Source: Candidatus Aenigmarchaeota archaeon LH_S7 (GTDB lineage Archaea; Aenigmatarchaeota; Aenigmatarchaeia; QMZS01). From it: 64,000 nucleotides of DNA. Position numbers and translations under genes: made by a program. Below, piece after piece: positions 1 to 10,488 of this stretch; the stretch's first letter is position 1; each line of letters starts with the position of its first letter. The notes beneath the pieces were generated by a model. The model saw nothing but the letters and a program-made list of their open reading frames with translations. It searched no databases and had not been told where the DNA came from. The stretch covers positions 1,549-65,548 of the forward strand of contig JAGXOL010000003.1 of NCBI GenBank assembly GCA_023659895.1, read 5' to 3'.

Positions 1-59
1 CTAATGAATTAGGAACTTATAATATAACAAAAATTTATCTGAATGATACCTCTGGAAAT

Positions 60-3000
60 TTGAAAGAAATTGATTTAACAGATTTCTTTGAAATTATTGA
101 ATTAAACCTGAGTTCTTCACTCTCTAATCAATCAATAGAAATAAATAAAACACAAATTTTCTCCGCAAATATATCAGGAAATGCTTCCTCAATTTCTAAA
201 GTGGAAGCAAAAATTTCAAAACCAGATAATTCAACTGAAACTATAGACTTTAATTTTGAAAATAAAACCAATAATATTTATTTTTATACTAAAAATTACC
301 AAAATATAGACTTATCCGGAAATTATTCTGTAAATACAACAGTAATATTAAGCTCAAAAATCAATAAAACAGAGCAGGCGAACTTTAATGTATCTTATGG
401 AAACATTTTAATAAAAGCTGAAAACAGAACTCTTGTAAAGAATACCACTTACGATCTCCCAATATTTATTGTTCCTAACAAGGGTGATTTATTAAATATA
501 TCTGTAAACATATCCATAGAAAATGAAACCATTATAAACTCAACAAATAAAACAAATGATATAGGGGATATTTTATGGAAAGACAATTATCAGGGTAAGG
601 GAGTATTTTTCCCAATTAATTCAACAGCGAATGGAACTACAACGATAAATATAACAGCTTATTCTCCAAATCTGAATGAAAGCAAAAGTATAAATATTAC
701 AGTAATTCGGAAGGACGATACCCCTCCAGAAATAAACAAATTTAACTATTATAATCTTACAAACTTAAATGAAATAAACAAATTTTTAATAAATACCACA
801 GAAAATGAAACAGCAATAAAAAATGTTTCTGTTGAAGTAACATGGCCAAGTAATATTACCAAGAATATCTCTGCAAATTTGAATCCCAACAATTTGTATG
901 AACTAAATTTTAATGGAACAAATGAAAATGGAACTTACGAATTTAAAATTTATTCTTGTAATCTTGCAGATAACTGTGTGGATACAATAGCAGAAGAATT
1001 TAATGTAACAAATGAATATAAAACAGTTATACTTACCTACAATCCTTACAACAAAGGAGATAAAATAAATTTCAATGTATCTGTAAAAGATGTTAGAAAT
1101 TTACCTGTAGAAGGATTTAATCTAACTTTAGTACTTAACAAGGCTGGTGATGATGTTACCCTAGTTAACAATACTATTACAAACTTTGGAAGTTACCGGA
1201 TAGAACCAGAAGATGAGCCTGGAGCTGTCAAAGAAAAGGCTGATTCTACGAATTATACAATTTATGTAAATGTAACGAAAAACCGAAATAGTGGAGAATA
1301 TAATGAGAATTTTGTTGTCTCTGAAGAAATTCCTACAGAAATTATTTACCCGGAAACAGGGTACTATCCTCCAAATACAGGAGTAGATATGAATGTCTCT
1401 GTGGTAGATATGCACAGTGAAGTTGTAGAGGGTGCTGCTGTTACTGCTTATTGTCCAAAGTGCACTAAAGATTATGCAAGATTAACTTTTGATCCAGAAA
1501 CAGGACGTTATAAAGGCAGTTCTATATTTACAGCTCCAGATGAAGACTTTGAAATTTTTATTTATTCAAGTTCTTATTTTGGTGGAAACCTTGGTTATAC
1601 TGGAAGAATGTTTACAACAACTAAAACTACTACAGAACCTTCTGAAGGAGATGGAGGTGGAGGTGGAGGAGGTGTTCCAGGAATAACTAATTGCACCTGT
1701 AAAGAGTGGAAAGATAAAGGCTGTGGTTTATCTAACTGCTCCGCAACAGAGATGTATCAAACAAGAGTATGTAATCCTTCAGGTTGTTTAGCAGAAAAAC
1801 AATGTGTTTATAATCCTATTTGCAAACCAGAAAAAGATTTTAGAATTTCAATTGATCAAGAAATACTAGAAATTGAACAAGGAGAAACAAAAAAATCTTC
1901 CATAAAACTTGAGAATACTGGAGAAAAACTTTTAAAGTTAGGTATTTCTCTAGAGAAAGAATGCTGTGATTTAAATTATACAGAAAGATTAGAACTTAGG
2001 AAAAAAGAAATAAAAACAATGCCGATTTTAATTCATACAAAACTTTCTCAAAAGGTGGGGGATTATTTAGTAAAGTTTAAAGTAAAAAGTGAGGATATAG
2101 AAAAAGAAGAAAATTTGAAAGTAGTGGTTAAAGAAAATCCACTCATTTCTTACTTAAATTCAGTTAAAAAGAAGTTGCCTGAATTAAAAGATGAAGTTAG
2201 TGGATATAGAGAAGCAGGGGTTGATGTTACTGATTTAGAAAGAAGAACACAAGAGATAGAAACTCTTATTAAAGAATCAAATTTGAGTATAAAAACAGAC
2301 AATCTAGATAATTTAGAAAAACAAGTTGATGAAATTAAAACAAAAACTGATTATATAGATAGCAAACTAATAACTTTAAAAATAAGAAAGTTCCTACTTG
2401 AAAACAAATGGAATTTGGTTTTAGCAGCGATTATTATCTTAATATCTTCCTACTTAATAACCCAAGTTACCTACCCATATTTTAGACTCAGTAGGGAAAT
2501 AAAAAATTTAAAAGAGAAAGAGCAGGAAATTACAAACTCCAGAAAAGAAACAGAGAAAAAATATTTTTTAAGGAAGATTGATGAAAAAACATTTAGAGAT
2601 ATCATGGTTAAGACTCAGCAAAAGATTTACGAACTAAGAGGTAAGCTAAAAAGAAAAAAGAAAGCTAAAGCGAATTTCTTAAAAGAAAAATTGCTTCCAA
2701 CTGCCTTATTAAAGTGGGTTATATCTTTGCCAGTTTCTTTTTTTAGATATTCGAAAGGTTTGGTAACAAAATTAAAACATAAATTTGGAAAAATAAAACT
2801 AAAAAATAAAGTTAGAGATATAAAAAGGAAAAAACTTAAAATAAAACAAATTATAAGTGATCCTAAATTTTTTAATAGAGAAGTAACACTCAAGGGTGAA
2901 GTTTCATTTATTCAGAAGACCTCTGAAGGAGACTTTATTTACAAAATAAGAGATGAAACCGGAGATATTTATATTTTCAGTAATAAGAAACTTAAGGAGG

Positions 3001-3071
3001 GTGAAAATGTGATAACAGGAGTTTTACATAAATCTATGATTGGACAAAGGTATATAGAAATTAAAGTTTAG
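60..3071 (+). CDS. Large cell-surface/S-layer-like membrane protein, probably 5'-truncated by the window edge
   Basis: Many N-x-S/T sequons, Ig-like beta-rich repeats, poly-Gly linker, Cys-rich CxEWxxC module, coiled coil, TM helix, basic tail ending in an OB-fold-like segment. Confidence 0.7.
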   Translation: MKEIDLTDFFEIIELNLSSSLSNQSIEINKTQIFSANISGNASSISKVEAKISKPDNSTETIDFNFENKTNNIYFYTKNYQNIDLSGNYSVNTTVILSSKINKTEQANFNVSYGNILIKAENRTLVKNTTYDLPIFIVPNKGDLLNISVNISIENETIINSTNKTNDIGDILWKDNYQGKGVFFPINSTANGTTTINITAYSPNLNESKSINITVIRKDDTPPEINKFNYYNLTNLNEINKFLINTTENETAIKNVSVEVTWPSNITKNISANLNPNNLYELNFNGTNENGTYEFKIYSCNLADNCVDTIAEEFNVTNEYKTVILTYNPYNKGDKINFNVSVKDVRNLPVEGFNLTLVLNKAGDDVTLVNNTITNFGSYRIEPEDEPGAVKEKADSTNYTIYVNVTKNRNSGEYNENFVVSEEIPTEIIYPETGYYPPNTGVDMNVSVVDMHSEVVEGAAVTAYCPKCTKDYARLTFDPETGRYKGSSIFTAPDEDFEIFIYSSSYFGGNLGYTGRMFTTTKTTTEPSEGDGGGGGGGVPGITNCTCKEWKDKGCGLSNCSATEMYQTRVCNPSGCLAEKQCVYNPICKPEKDFRISIDQEILEIEQGETKKSSIKLENTGEKLLKLGISLEKECCDLNYTERLELRKKEIKTMPILIHTKLSQKVGDYLVKFKVKSEDIEKEENLKVVVKENPLISYLNSVKKKLPELKDEVSGYREAGVDVTDLERRTQEIETLIKESNLSIKTDNLDNLEKQVDEIKTKTDYIDSKLITLKIRKFLLENKWNLVLAAIIILISSYLITQVTYPYFRLSREIKNLKEKEQEITNSRKETEKKYFLRKIDEKTFRDIMVKTQQKIYELRGKLKRKKKAKANFLKEKLLPTALLKWVISLPVSFFRYSKGLVTKLKHKFGKIKLKNKVRDIKRKKLKIKQIISDPKFFNREVTLKGEVSFIQKTSEGDFIYKIRDETGDIYIFSNKKLKEGENVITGVLHKSMIGQRYIEIKV

Positions 3072-3079
3072 TCTACTAT

Positions 3080-3153
3080 TTACATAACTTCTTCTTCATC
3101 TACCCTTTTGTAGCTATGCAATTCTTCTGGTTTGAGCCATAATTTAATTTTTT
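3080..3153 (-). pseudogene. Possible C-terminal remnant of nucleoside diphosphate kinase
   Basis: Reads KKIKLWLKPEELHSYKRVDEEEVM*, similar to the NDK C-terminus; no start or catalytic region. Confidence 0.35.
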
Positions 3154-3199
3154 AGACTATTCTATCCACTAGTGTTTTTTAGAGAGTTAATTAAAAAGT

Positions 3200-4018
3200 T
3201 TAGACTAATTTCTTGAAAACTTTTGCAACCTTTTTATGGAGATTGTACCCCAAGATATTATTTATTCTAGGTAAATCGCAACAATAATTAAATTCATTGA
3301 ATAAATATTCTCCATTTTTATAGAAAAAGTCAAAAGCGCCTATATTCAAATTTATCTCCTTTGCCACTATATTTGAGTATTTTTTTAATTTGGAGTCCAT
3401 ATTGAACTTAAAAACATTTTCGTAGATAGAAGTCTTCCAATTGGTTTTAGTTGAAGACAAAGCAAACAAAGGTTTTTTGTTTAAAATAAAAACCCTAACT
3501 AGCTTATCAAAATTTATATAGTCTTCAATTAAGAAAGGATATGTTTTGTATGATTTTTCAAGTCTCTTCTTATATAAACTTAACAATTTCGGAGAAGTTT
3601 TTCTTATCTTTTCAACATAATAACCTGCTCTCCCAAGAATAGGTTTATAAATTTTGTTTTTATTTAATAAATTTCTCAATTTTGATTTAGGTAATAAAAG
3701 TTCAGATTCTAACATAGGAACTTTATCTTTAAGTAATTCGTAACAGAGTAACTTATTTTGAAAAGTTAGAACATTATCTGGTGTATCCACAAACCTGCTA
3801 CCTCTTATTTCAAAAATCTTAGAGATATAATAACTAAGCAACCCACAATTCTCATAAGGCATCATCCTTGAATAAACTAAATCATATTTTTTTGGGTTAA
3901 AGTCTTTATTCTTGGATACATCTATAACTTCAACATTGATATCTATTTTATTGAGTTCTTTTATTAACTTAGGTTCAAAGTTAGAACTTAAAGTCTCTGT
4001 TATTAACAAAACATTCAT
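3200..4018 (-). CDS. RimK/LysX-like ATP-grasp ligase
   Basis: FQNKLLCYELL, IYKPILG, LIEDYI, GAFDFF and FNEFN ATP-grasp motifs. Confidence 0.75.
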   Translation of the reverse strand: MNVLLITETLSSNFEPKLIKELNKIDINVEVIDVSKNKDFNPKKYDLVYSRMMPYENCGLLSYYISKIFEIRGSRFVDTPDNVLTFQNKLLCYELLKDKVPMLESELLLPKSKLRNLLNKNKIYKPILGRAGYYVEKIRKTSPKLLSLYKKRLEKSYKTYPFLIEDYINFDKLVRVFILNKKPLFALSSTKTNWKTSIYENVFKFNMDSKLKKYSNIVAKEINLNIGAFDFFYKNGEYLFNEFNYCCDLPRINNILGYNLHKKVAKVFKKLV

Positions 4019-4041
4019 AAAAATAAAAATAGAAAAAAATA

Positions 4042-4602
4042 TTATTCTCCTGCTTGCTTCTGTTTTTCGGTTTTATTTTCTTCGGATGTACCTCCTCCGC
4101 CTGTAGCTGTCACAAACCAAACCAATACACCTATTATAATCAATATTATTGCCAATGCTAACAAATCCGTTCCAAATGTCATGAAAGTGAATGTAGGCCA
4201 TGAATAACCACTAATAATCGCTCCTGCTATCAAGATTATTGCTGCAACGACAGATAATTTTGCCCAACTAAACTCACCTTTTCCCTTTAATAAGTCAGGA
4301 TTTATTATTGTGAACAGCATTACTATTCCTATGATTACTGAAGCAAACATTACTATTGTTCCGCTTACTGATGCTAGGAAAGCACCAAATGCTGGTCCAA
4401 AAGATACTACTATTAAGAATCCTGCTACAATTCCTATAATCCCTGATACTCCTCTTGCTACTGGCTTATCAGCACCCCCAAAAATTTCACTTTTGATTAG
4501 CAAACCATAGAATATTGCGAAGCTGAAAATCCATGGGAATACTGTATTGAAAAGCATGGAGCATATGTTTGGATCCGTTATTATATTTCCACAAGTTACC
4601 AT
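4042..4602 (-). CDS. Multi-pass membrane protein of unknown function
   Basis: About 5 hydrophobic helices. Confidence 0.7.
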   Translation of the reverse strand: MVTCGNIITDPNICSMLFNTVFPWIFSFAIFYGLLIKSEIFGGADKPVARGVSGIIGIVAGFLIVVSFGPAFGAFLASVSGTIVMFASVIIGIVMLFTIINPDLLKGKGEFSWAKLSVVAAIILIAGAIISGYSWPTFTFMTFGTDLLALAIILIIIGVLVWFVTATGGGGTSEENKTEKQKQAGE

Positions 4603-4659
4603 AAAATAATTTATTTAAATATATAAAAACTTACTTAATAATTTTAATAGGTTTAGATT

Positions 4660-6102
4660 ATGAAGGAAAAATTGAAGAAAATCTCAGATGTAGAATATTT
4701 AATTCCTAAGAGCTCCAGAGAAAAGATGAGAGTTAATGCTAAATTAATTTCCACAGATAAAATTCTGGAAGCTGCTGAGGATGAAGCAATCAAGCAATTG
4801 ACGAATGTGGCATGCTTACCAGGGGTTGTGGAGCCTGTCTACGGCATGCCTGATATTCACTGGGGTTATGGGCTTCCTATGGGGGCTGTAGGAGCTTTTG
4901 ATTCAGAAGAAGGTGTAATCTCAAGTGGTTGTACAGGTTTTGATATTAACTGCGGAATTAGGATGATTAAGACAAATTTGAGTTATGAGGAAGTAAAGCC
5001 AAAATTGAAAGAATTAATAGATGTTTTGTTTAAGCAGGTTCCTTCTGGTGTTGGAGCCAAAGGAAAATTGAAATTGGACAAGGATGAATTGGATGAAGTT
5101 TTAGTCAAGGGAGCAAAATGGGCTGAGGAGAATAATTACGCAACAAAAAAGGACTTGGAAAACATGGAAGAGAATGGGTGCATGGAAGGAGCAGATATAA
5201 ACAAGATTTCAGATACAGCTAAAAAAAGGGGGAGGCCACAATTAGGAACTCTAGGTGCAGGCAATCACTTTCTTGAAGTCCAGAAAGCAGATAATATTTT
5301 TGATGAGAAAACTGGAAAAGCTTTTGGTGTTGATGAGAAAGGTAATGTGATTATAATGTTGCATTGTGGTTCTCGTGGTCTAGGTCACCAGGTTGCATCT
5401 GATTACTTGCAGATTCATAGAAATGCTGTTAAGAAGCACAATATTTGGCTTCCTGATAATCAACTAGTTTGCGCACCTGCAAATTCCCAAGAAGGACAAG
5501 ATTATTATTCAGCTATGAAAGGTGCAGTTAATTATGCTTTTACAAACAGAACAGTGATGACCAGCTGGGTTAGAGAAGGTTTTGAGAAAGTTTTTGGAAG
5601 AAAGTGGGAAGACATGGGAATGGATTTGATTTATGATGTTTGTCACAATATTTGTAAGTTGGAGGAGCATGAAGTTGGAGGAGAAAAGAGAAATTTGTAT
5701 GTGCACAGGAAAGGTGCAACAAGGAGTTTGCCTTCTGGGCATTATCTACTACCTGATTCTTACAAAAATGTTGGACAGCCTGTTTTGATTGCTGGTTCAA
5801 TGGGAACAGCAAGTTATATATTGGTTGGTGGAGAGAAAGCAAAAGGTACTTTCTACTCAAGTGCTCACGGTGCTGGAAGAGTGATGTCAAGGAAGAAAGC
5901 AATAAGAGATTTCAGGGGGAATACAATTAGAGAAGATTTAGCTAAAAGAGGAATTATTGCAAAGTCCACAAGCCCAAAAGTTCTGGCTGAGGAAAGCCCT
6001 GATGCTTATAAGGACATTGATGAGGTTGCAAAAGCTGCAGATATTTCAGGTATATCAAAGAAAGTTGTGAGAGTTGTTCCAATAGGGGTTGTCAAGGGTT
6101 AA
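4660..6102 (+). CDS. rtcB: tRNA-splicing RNA ligase RtcB
   Basis: MPDIHWGYG, GFDINCG, GTLGAGNHFLEVQ, HCGSRG, HRKGAT, HGAGR, AYKDI motifs. Confidence 0.97.
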   Translation: MKEKLKKISDVEYLIPKSSREKMRVNAKLISTDKILEAAEDEAIKQLTNVACLPGVVEPVYGMPDIHWGYGLPMGAVGAFDSEEGVISSGCTGFDINCGIRMIKTNLSYEEVKPKLKELIDVLFKQVPSGVGAKGKLKLDKDELDEVLVKGAKWAEENNYATKKDLENMEENGCMEGADINKISDTAKKRGRPQLGTLGAGNHFLEVQKADNIFDEKTGKAFGVDEKGNVIIMLHCGSRGLGHQVASDYLQIHRNAVKKHNIWLPDNQLVCAPANSQEGQDYYSAMKGAVNYAFTNRTVMTSWVREGFEKVFGRKWEDMGMDLIYDVCHNICKLEEHEVGGEKRNLYVHRKGATRSLPSGHYLLPDSYKNVGQPVLIAGSMGTASYILVGGEKAKGTFYSSAHGAGRVMSRKKAIRDFRGNTIREDLAKRGIIAKSTSPKVLAEESPDAYKDIDEVAKAADISGISKKVVRVVPIGVVKG

Positions 6103-6125
6103 ATCAAAACCTATATTTTTAACAA

Positions 6126-6821
6126 TTATTTCTTCTTCCTCTTGCCTGTTCTCTTAGGTGCTATGCTGCCAACTTTTCTTCCAGGTGAGGCATGTCTTGA
6201 GGTTGAGGTTGATTGACCAGGTTTTGTCTTTCCACCATATGGATGATCCACAGGGTTCATCTTGCTACCAGAAGTTTTAGGGAATAAACCCCCTCTTGAT
6301 TTTATTCTTCTCCATTTTATTCCAGCTTTCAAAAATGGTTTTGAGACTCTTCCATAACCAGCAGGTTTGCCAACTATTGCCCTGCAATTATTTTTTAATT
6401 TCTTAATTTTTTTGGAAGGTAATTGAATATATGTATTTTCTTTCTCATGGGATTTGACTATAGCAAAAGTCCCTGAGGATTTGCAGTATTTACCACCATC
6501 TTTGTACTTTGATTCCATGAAATAAACAGAGGAGCCTTCAGGGATTTTACCTAAAGGAATTATATTGCCTAAAGCAGGTTTTGCTTCTGGGGAGATTTCC
6601 AATTCCTGTGAAGTTGTAAGGCCAACAGGAGCCACAACATATTCAGTTGAGTTATCCTCAAACTGGATTTTTGCTATAGGGGTATCTCTACCAGAAACAT
6701 GCTTAATATCAATAACCTTAGCTTTTCCTTCTTTTTTGGGTAGTTTTATCTCTTCCCTTTTTTTAGATCTGTAGGGAAAGGTTCCTTTACCTCTTCTCTG
6801 CGAAATAATTCTTTTTCCCAT
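6126..6821 (-). CDS. rpl2: 50S ribosomal protein uL2
   Basis: MGKRIISQRRG start, MNPVDHPYGG, PGRKVGSIAPKRTG. Confidence 0.97.
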   Translation of the reverse strand: MGKRIISQRRGKGTFPYRSKKREEIKLPKKEGKAKVIDIKHVSGRDTPIAKIQFEDNSTEYVVAPVGLTTSQELEISPEAKPALGNIIPLGKIPEGSSVYFMESKYKDGGKYCKSSGTFAIVKSHEKENTYIQLPSKKIKKLKNNCRAIVGKPAGYGRVSKPFLKAGIKWRRIKSRGGLFPKTSGSKMNPVDHPYGGKTKPGQSTSTSRHASPGRKVGSIAPKRTGKRKKK

Positions 6822-6991
6822 AAACCTTTTATTGGCTAAATAATTTAAAAAGGTTTAATCCAAAAAAATGAAATTGGATAACAAAGGGTCTTAGCCCTGT
6901 AAAGAAATTTATATATATAAAAGAGTTATAATTATAAGACTCTATAAATTCCTGTTGGTTTGTCTGGTTTTTGTAGGATTGTTTAGTTAGT

Positions 6992-7105
6992 ATGGGCTGG
7001 AAGGTTTTGTTGGTTGTTGGGATTTTGGTTTTGATTTTAGTGTTTTCTGGAGGTTCTGTTCCTAGTGGAGGTTCTGTTCCTAGTAGTCCACCTGGATTGC
7101 CTTGA
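6992..7105 (+). CDS. Possible 37-aa membrane/secreted peptide with an internal duplication
   Basis: MGWKVLLVVGILVLILVFSGGSVPSGGSVPSSPPGLP*; tandem copy of tggaggttctgttcctag. Confidence 0.35.
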   Translation: MGWKVLLVVGILVLILVFSGGSVPSGGSVPSSPPGLP

Positions 7106-7131
7106 TCTTTTAAGATACTATTAATTATATT

Positions 7132-7533
7132 TTAAGGGCAATCTGTTCCCTCATACCAATCGCAGTCTGTTGGGTCATCCTCTCTACAACAACAAACATG
7201 GTTTGGCATTGGTATGCCTTCACAAGAAGTTGGATCGGAGGCTTCTTCCAAGTTTACTTCTGCAGAAAGTCCACTACAATAAGCTTTTGCAGTAATCGCA
7301 CCATCAAATTTTTCTTCAAGTCCAGGATAATTAGTACTATCAAAATGATCATAATCATAACTGTATCTCCGCCAGTCCAAACATTCCTTCTGTAAATTTG
7401 CTTCAGAAGTTAATCCTTCTGCAGCAGGATTAAAAATTCCTGTAAAAAACAAAACTATAACTGCAAGTACCAGAACAGAGATAACAATTATAATAATTGT
7501 TTGAATAGATAGAGACACTCCTTTTAGTTTTAT
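7132..7533 (-). CDS. Pilin-like protein with class III signal peptide, Cys-rich C-terminus
   Basis: KLKG|VSLSIQTIIIIVISVLVLAVIVLFF; start uncertain (ATA at 7533; the ORF-track start at 7584 lies inside the MNT gene). Confidence 0.6.
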   Translation of the reverse strand: MKLKGVSLSIQTIIIIVISVLVLAVIVLFFTGIFNPAAEGLTSEANLQKECLDWRRYSYDYDHFDSTNYPGLEEKFDGAITAKAYCSGLSAEVNLEEASDPTSCEGIPMPNHVCCCREDDPTDCDWYEGTDCP

Positions 7534-7537
7534 GATA

Positions 7538-7846
7538 TTATTTAATTTCTTTAAGTTTACCAAACATTTTCTTATAAACTTCAAATTTTTTTAAAGTTAG
7601 CAAATGCAATTCAAATTCGTAAGGTAATTTTAGTTCTTTCCTTATCTCTGCGATTATTTTGGCTCTTCTCAAACCTTTTTCTGGAATAGAGGACGAGCAA
7701 ATTAAAATATCTATATCACTGCAGGCACTGTACTTTTTTTTAATTACACTACCAAATCCATAGACATGAGTATCACCTAAAATTTTTGTACTTAGTTCTT
7801 TTATTTCTTTTGCATAAGTCTCCCAATTTTTAAAAACTTCATTCAT
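7538..7846 (-). CDS. Minimal nucleotidyltransferase (MNT) antitoxin
   Basis: FGSV...SDIDIL motif, 102 aa, overlaps HEPN gene. Confidence 0.85.
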   Translation of the reverse strand: MNEVFKNWETYAKEIKELSTKILGDTHVYGFGSVIKKKYSACSDIDILICSSSIPEKGLRRAKIIAEIRKELKLPYEFELHLLTLKKFEVYKKMFGKLKEIK

Positions 7847-8217
7847 CCTACTAACTGTATAATTTTCTGGACTACTTCTACAAGTTTTTTTATCTCCGCT
7901 ATTTCAAACTCTCTGGCAAAATACCTTGATGTTATATATGCATCTTCCAATAATGCTAATCCTAAACTTTCGTCCTCCAATAATTTTTTTGCTCTTTCAT
8001 CCAATTCTGCTACCTGTGATAATAGAATCCTCAAAGAATGTGTTTTTGGATAATATCCTTTTTTCTCTAACAAAAAAGATTTTAAAAAAAGTTGTGCCGC
8101 CTGTTCCAAATTAAAAGCTGCTAAATCAAAAATTTTTTTATTTGCTAAACTTTCAGCATTTTCAAAAAAATTTCTCGCTTTCTTCTTTAACAAGTTTGTT
8201 TCTTCTTTTGAACCCAT
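7843..8217 (-). CDS. HEPN-domain protein of a HEPN-MNT pair
   Basis: AAFNLEQAAQLFLKS, YPKTHSL, YITSRY. Confidence 0.88.
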   Translation of the reverse strand: MGSKEETNLLKKKARNFFENAESLANKKIFDLAAFNLEQAAQLFLKSFLLEKKGYYPKTHSLRILLSQVAELDERAKKLLEDESLGLALLEDAYITSRYFAREFEIAEIKKLVEVVQKIIQLVG

Positions 8218-8245
8218 AACTAAATATTTAAATACTACTTAATAA

Positions 8246-8569
8246 ATGAAAGGAATCAATTTGCCTGTAAATTCTGTGATTATAATTACTCTTGCAATAC
8301 TGGTTCTTGTTTTTTTAGGGTACATGTTCATCACAGGAACAAATCCTCTTCCCCAAACTGTAAAGCCAGAAAATGCTTTTAACATAGGATGTAAGAAATA
8401 TTTTGAAACCGAAAATTCTCCAGAAAATATTCCGGTCGGAGATATAAATAATGATGGAAACCAGGATAATTTACTTACCGCCTGCAGATTATATTACTCA
8501 AATGAAAGTATGGAAGCAGAGGGATGTGAGCAAAGGTGTAGGGATAGATTTCCCTATGTTAGTAGATGA
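8246..8569 (+). CDS. Pilin-like protein with class III signal peptide
   Basis: MKG|INLPVNSVIIITLAILVL then paired Cys; upstream of pilus ATPase. Confidence 0.65.
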   Translation: MKGINLPVNSVIIITLAILVLVFLGYMFITGTNPLPQTVKPENAFNIGCKKYFETENSPENIPVGDINNDGNQDNLLTACRLYYSNESMEAEGCEQRCRDRFPYVSR

Positions 8570-8713
8570 AACTCCCAACCGAGGTAGAGCCTTGGAGTAT
8601 CAAAAAAATAATTATTCTAACTGTTATGAAATTCCTATTAATCCACTCAAACAAACTGGAATACAAAATTGTTAAAAATTTAAATTAGATTTTTGTATTA
8701 ATTTTAAAGATAT

Positions 8714-10207
8714 ATGATTATGTTCAAAATTGAGGAAGCTACTCAAAAGATTAAAAGGTGTAAGGATTTAAAGAAATTGGATACCTCTTATTACTTGTTA
8801 AAACCTCACGCAAAAGTTCATTTATATTATGATAAAAAATCAAAAGAACTTGTTTATGAATTGAAAGAGCCTCAAACTAATAAAAAGGATGATGAAATAT
8901 CTGAACAACTTTATGATGATCTTCTGCAATTAATAGATTTGTCCCCCAAAGAAATTGAAAGCAGGGACAATTTGATTGATTTTTTGGAGAAAAAAATTAA
9001 ATATCTTATAAAGGAGCACGATTTTAAAGTTGGGGAAAAGAGATTCAAGAAAATAATGTATTATATTTATAGGGATTTTGTTGGTCTTGACAAGATAGAA
9101 CCTTTGATGCATGATGATTATATTGAAGATATTAACTGCAACGGAACAAACATTAACATTTACATAAAGCACAGGTTGTTTGGGAGTATGAGAACTAATA
9201 TAAAATATGAAGATACTACAAATCTGAAAAATTTTGTTATAAAATTAGCTCAAAGATGTAACAAATACATTACTTACACAAATCCTTTTCTGGAAGGTAG
9301 TTTAGAGGATGGTTCAAGGGTTCAGGGAACAATCTCAAAGGAACTCTCACCAAGAGGTCCTAATTTTTCAATAAGAAAATTCAGGAAAATTCCTTTCTCT
9401 CCAACAGAACTCATTTCTTTGAATTCAATTTCTTCAGAAGGTTTAGCTTATTTATGGTATTTAATAGAGAATCAGGCAAGTATATTGGTAATAGGTGGTG
9501 CAGGAGCTGGGAAGACTACTTTCATAAATACTTTATCAACCTTCATACCTCCTAAAGCAAAAATTGTTTCTATTGAAGACACAAGAGAGGTTAAACTGTT
9601 CCATGAGAATTGGATTTCCACTGTTTCAAGGGAATCTGTTGGGGGTCTAAAAATTGGGGAAGTTGACTTGTACAAATTACTCAGAGAGAGTTTTCGTGAA
9701 AATCCTGATTATGTAATAGTTGGTGAAGTCCGTGGTAAGGAAACTTATGTAATGTTCCAAGGAATTGCTTCTGGACATCCTACTTTATCCACTTTCCACT
9801 CTGAAGATCTTGAATCAGTTATCTCACGTTTGAAAACACCTCCAATTAATCTACCCAGTTCCCTAATTGAACTAATAGATTGTGTGGTTATCTTAACAAA
9901 AATTGAGAAAGGTAATAAAGTAACAAGAAGGGTCCTAAATGTTGAAGAATTGTTAAGTATTAACCCAAGAACTGGGAATATGGACACTACTAAAACACTT
10001 GCTTGGGACAGTAGTGGTAAGAAATTTAATTACAGTAAAGATAGCAGATTCTTGGATAAGTTGTCTTTGAGCCAGGATATATCTAAAGAAAAAATAAATA
10101 AGGAGATAAATAAGAGGAAAAAATTCTTGGACAATTTAGTAAAGAAGAAGGTCTTTGATATAGAGGATGTACAGAAAGAAATAGAAAAATACTATTCTAA
10201 ATTATGA
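8714..10207 (+). CDS. Type II/IV secretion (pilus assembly) ATPase, ArlI/VirB11 family
   Basis: IEDINCNG, GGAGAGKTT Walker A, SIEDTRE, RENPDYVIVGEVRG, SGHPTLSTFH. Confidence 0.92.
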   Translation: MIMFKIEEATQKIKRCKDLKKLDTSYYLLKPHAKVHLYYDKKSKELVYELKEPQTNKKDDEISEQLYDDLLQLIDLSPKEIESRDNLIDFLEKKIKYLIKEHDFKVGEKRFKKIMYYIYRDFVGLDKIEPLMHDDYIEDINCNGTNINIYIKHRLFGSMRTNIKYEDTTNLKNFVIKLAQRCNKYITYTNPFLEGSLEDGSRVQGTISKELSPRGPNFSIRKFRKIPFSPTELISLNSISSEGLAYLWYLIENQASILVIGGAGAGKTTFINTLSTFIPPKAKIVSIEDTREVKLFHENWISTVSRESVGGLKIGEVDLYKLLRESFRENPDYVIVGEVRGKETYVMFQGIASGHPTLSTFHSEDLESVISRLKTPPINLPSSLIELIDCVVILTKIEKGNKVTRRVLNVEELLSINPRTGNMDTTKTLAWDSSGKKFNYSKDSRFLDKLSLSQDISKEKINKEINKRKKFLDNLVKKKVFDIEDVQKEIEKYYSKL

Positions 10208-10488
10208 TAAACAAACATAAAGGTATGGAATTACCTTTTTCAAAAATAGTTGTGCTTATTCTTGCTGTTTTAGCAGTTTTGTTCATGCTGGGAGCAGTTT
10301 TCAATGTATGGGGAAATTTGGAACCAAGTATAAGTGACCAGCAACTTTATGGAGAATGTGCAAACTGGGCCTCTGAAGAAGAACCTTATAATAAGGAAAG
10401 TTTTAATGATGGGGACTATCCTGCTTTAGATAAAACTTATGATGGTAATTATGTAGATGCTAAAACTTTTTGCAAGCAAGAAACATGA
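10204..10488 (+). CDS. Pilin-like protein with class III signal peptide
   Basis: KHKG|MELPFSKIVVLILAVL; C-terminal part resembles the 7132 pilin (EC..W, YP.L, AK.[FY]C). Confidence 0.65.
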   Translation: MINKHKGMELPFSKIVVLILAVLAVLFMLGAVFNVWGNLEPSISDQQLYGECANWASEEEPYNKESFNDGDYPALDKTYDGNYVDAKTFCKQET

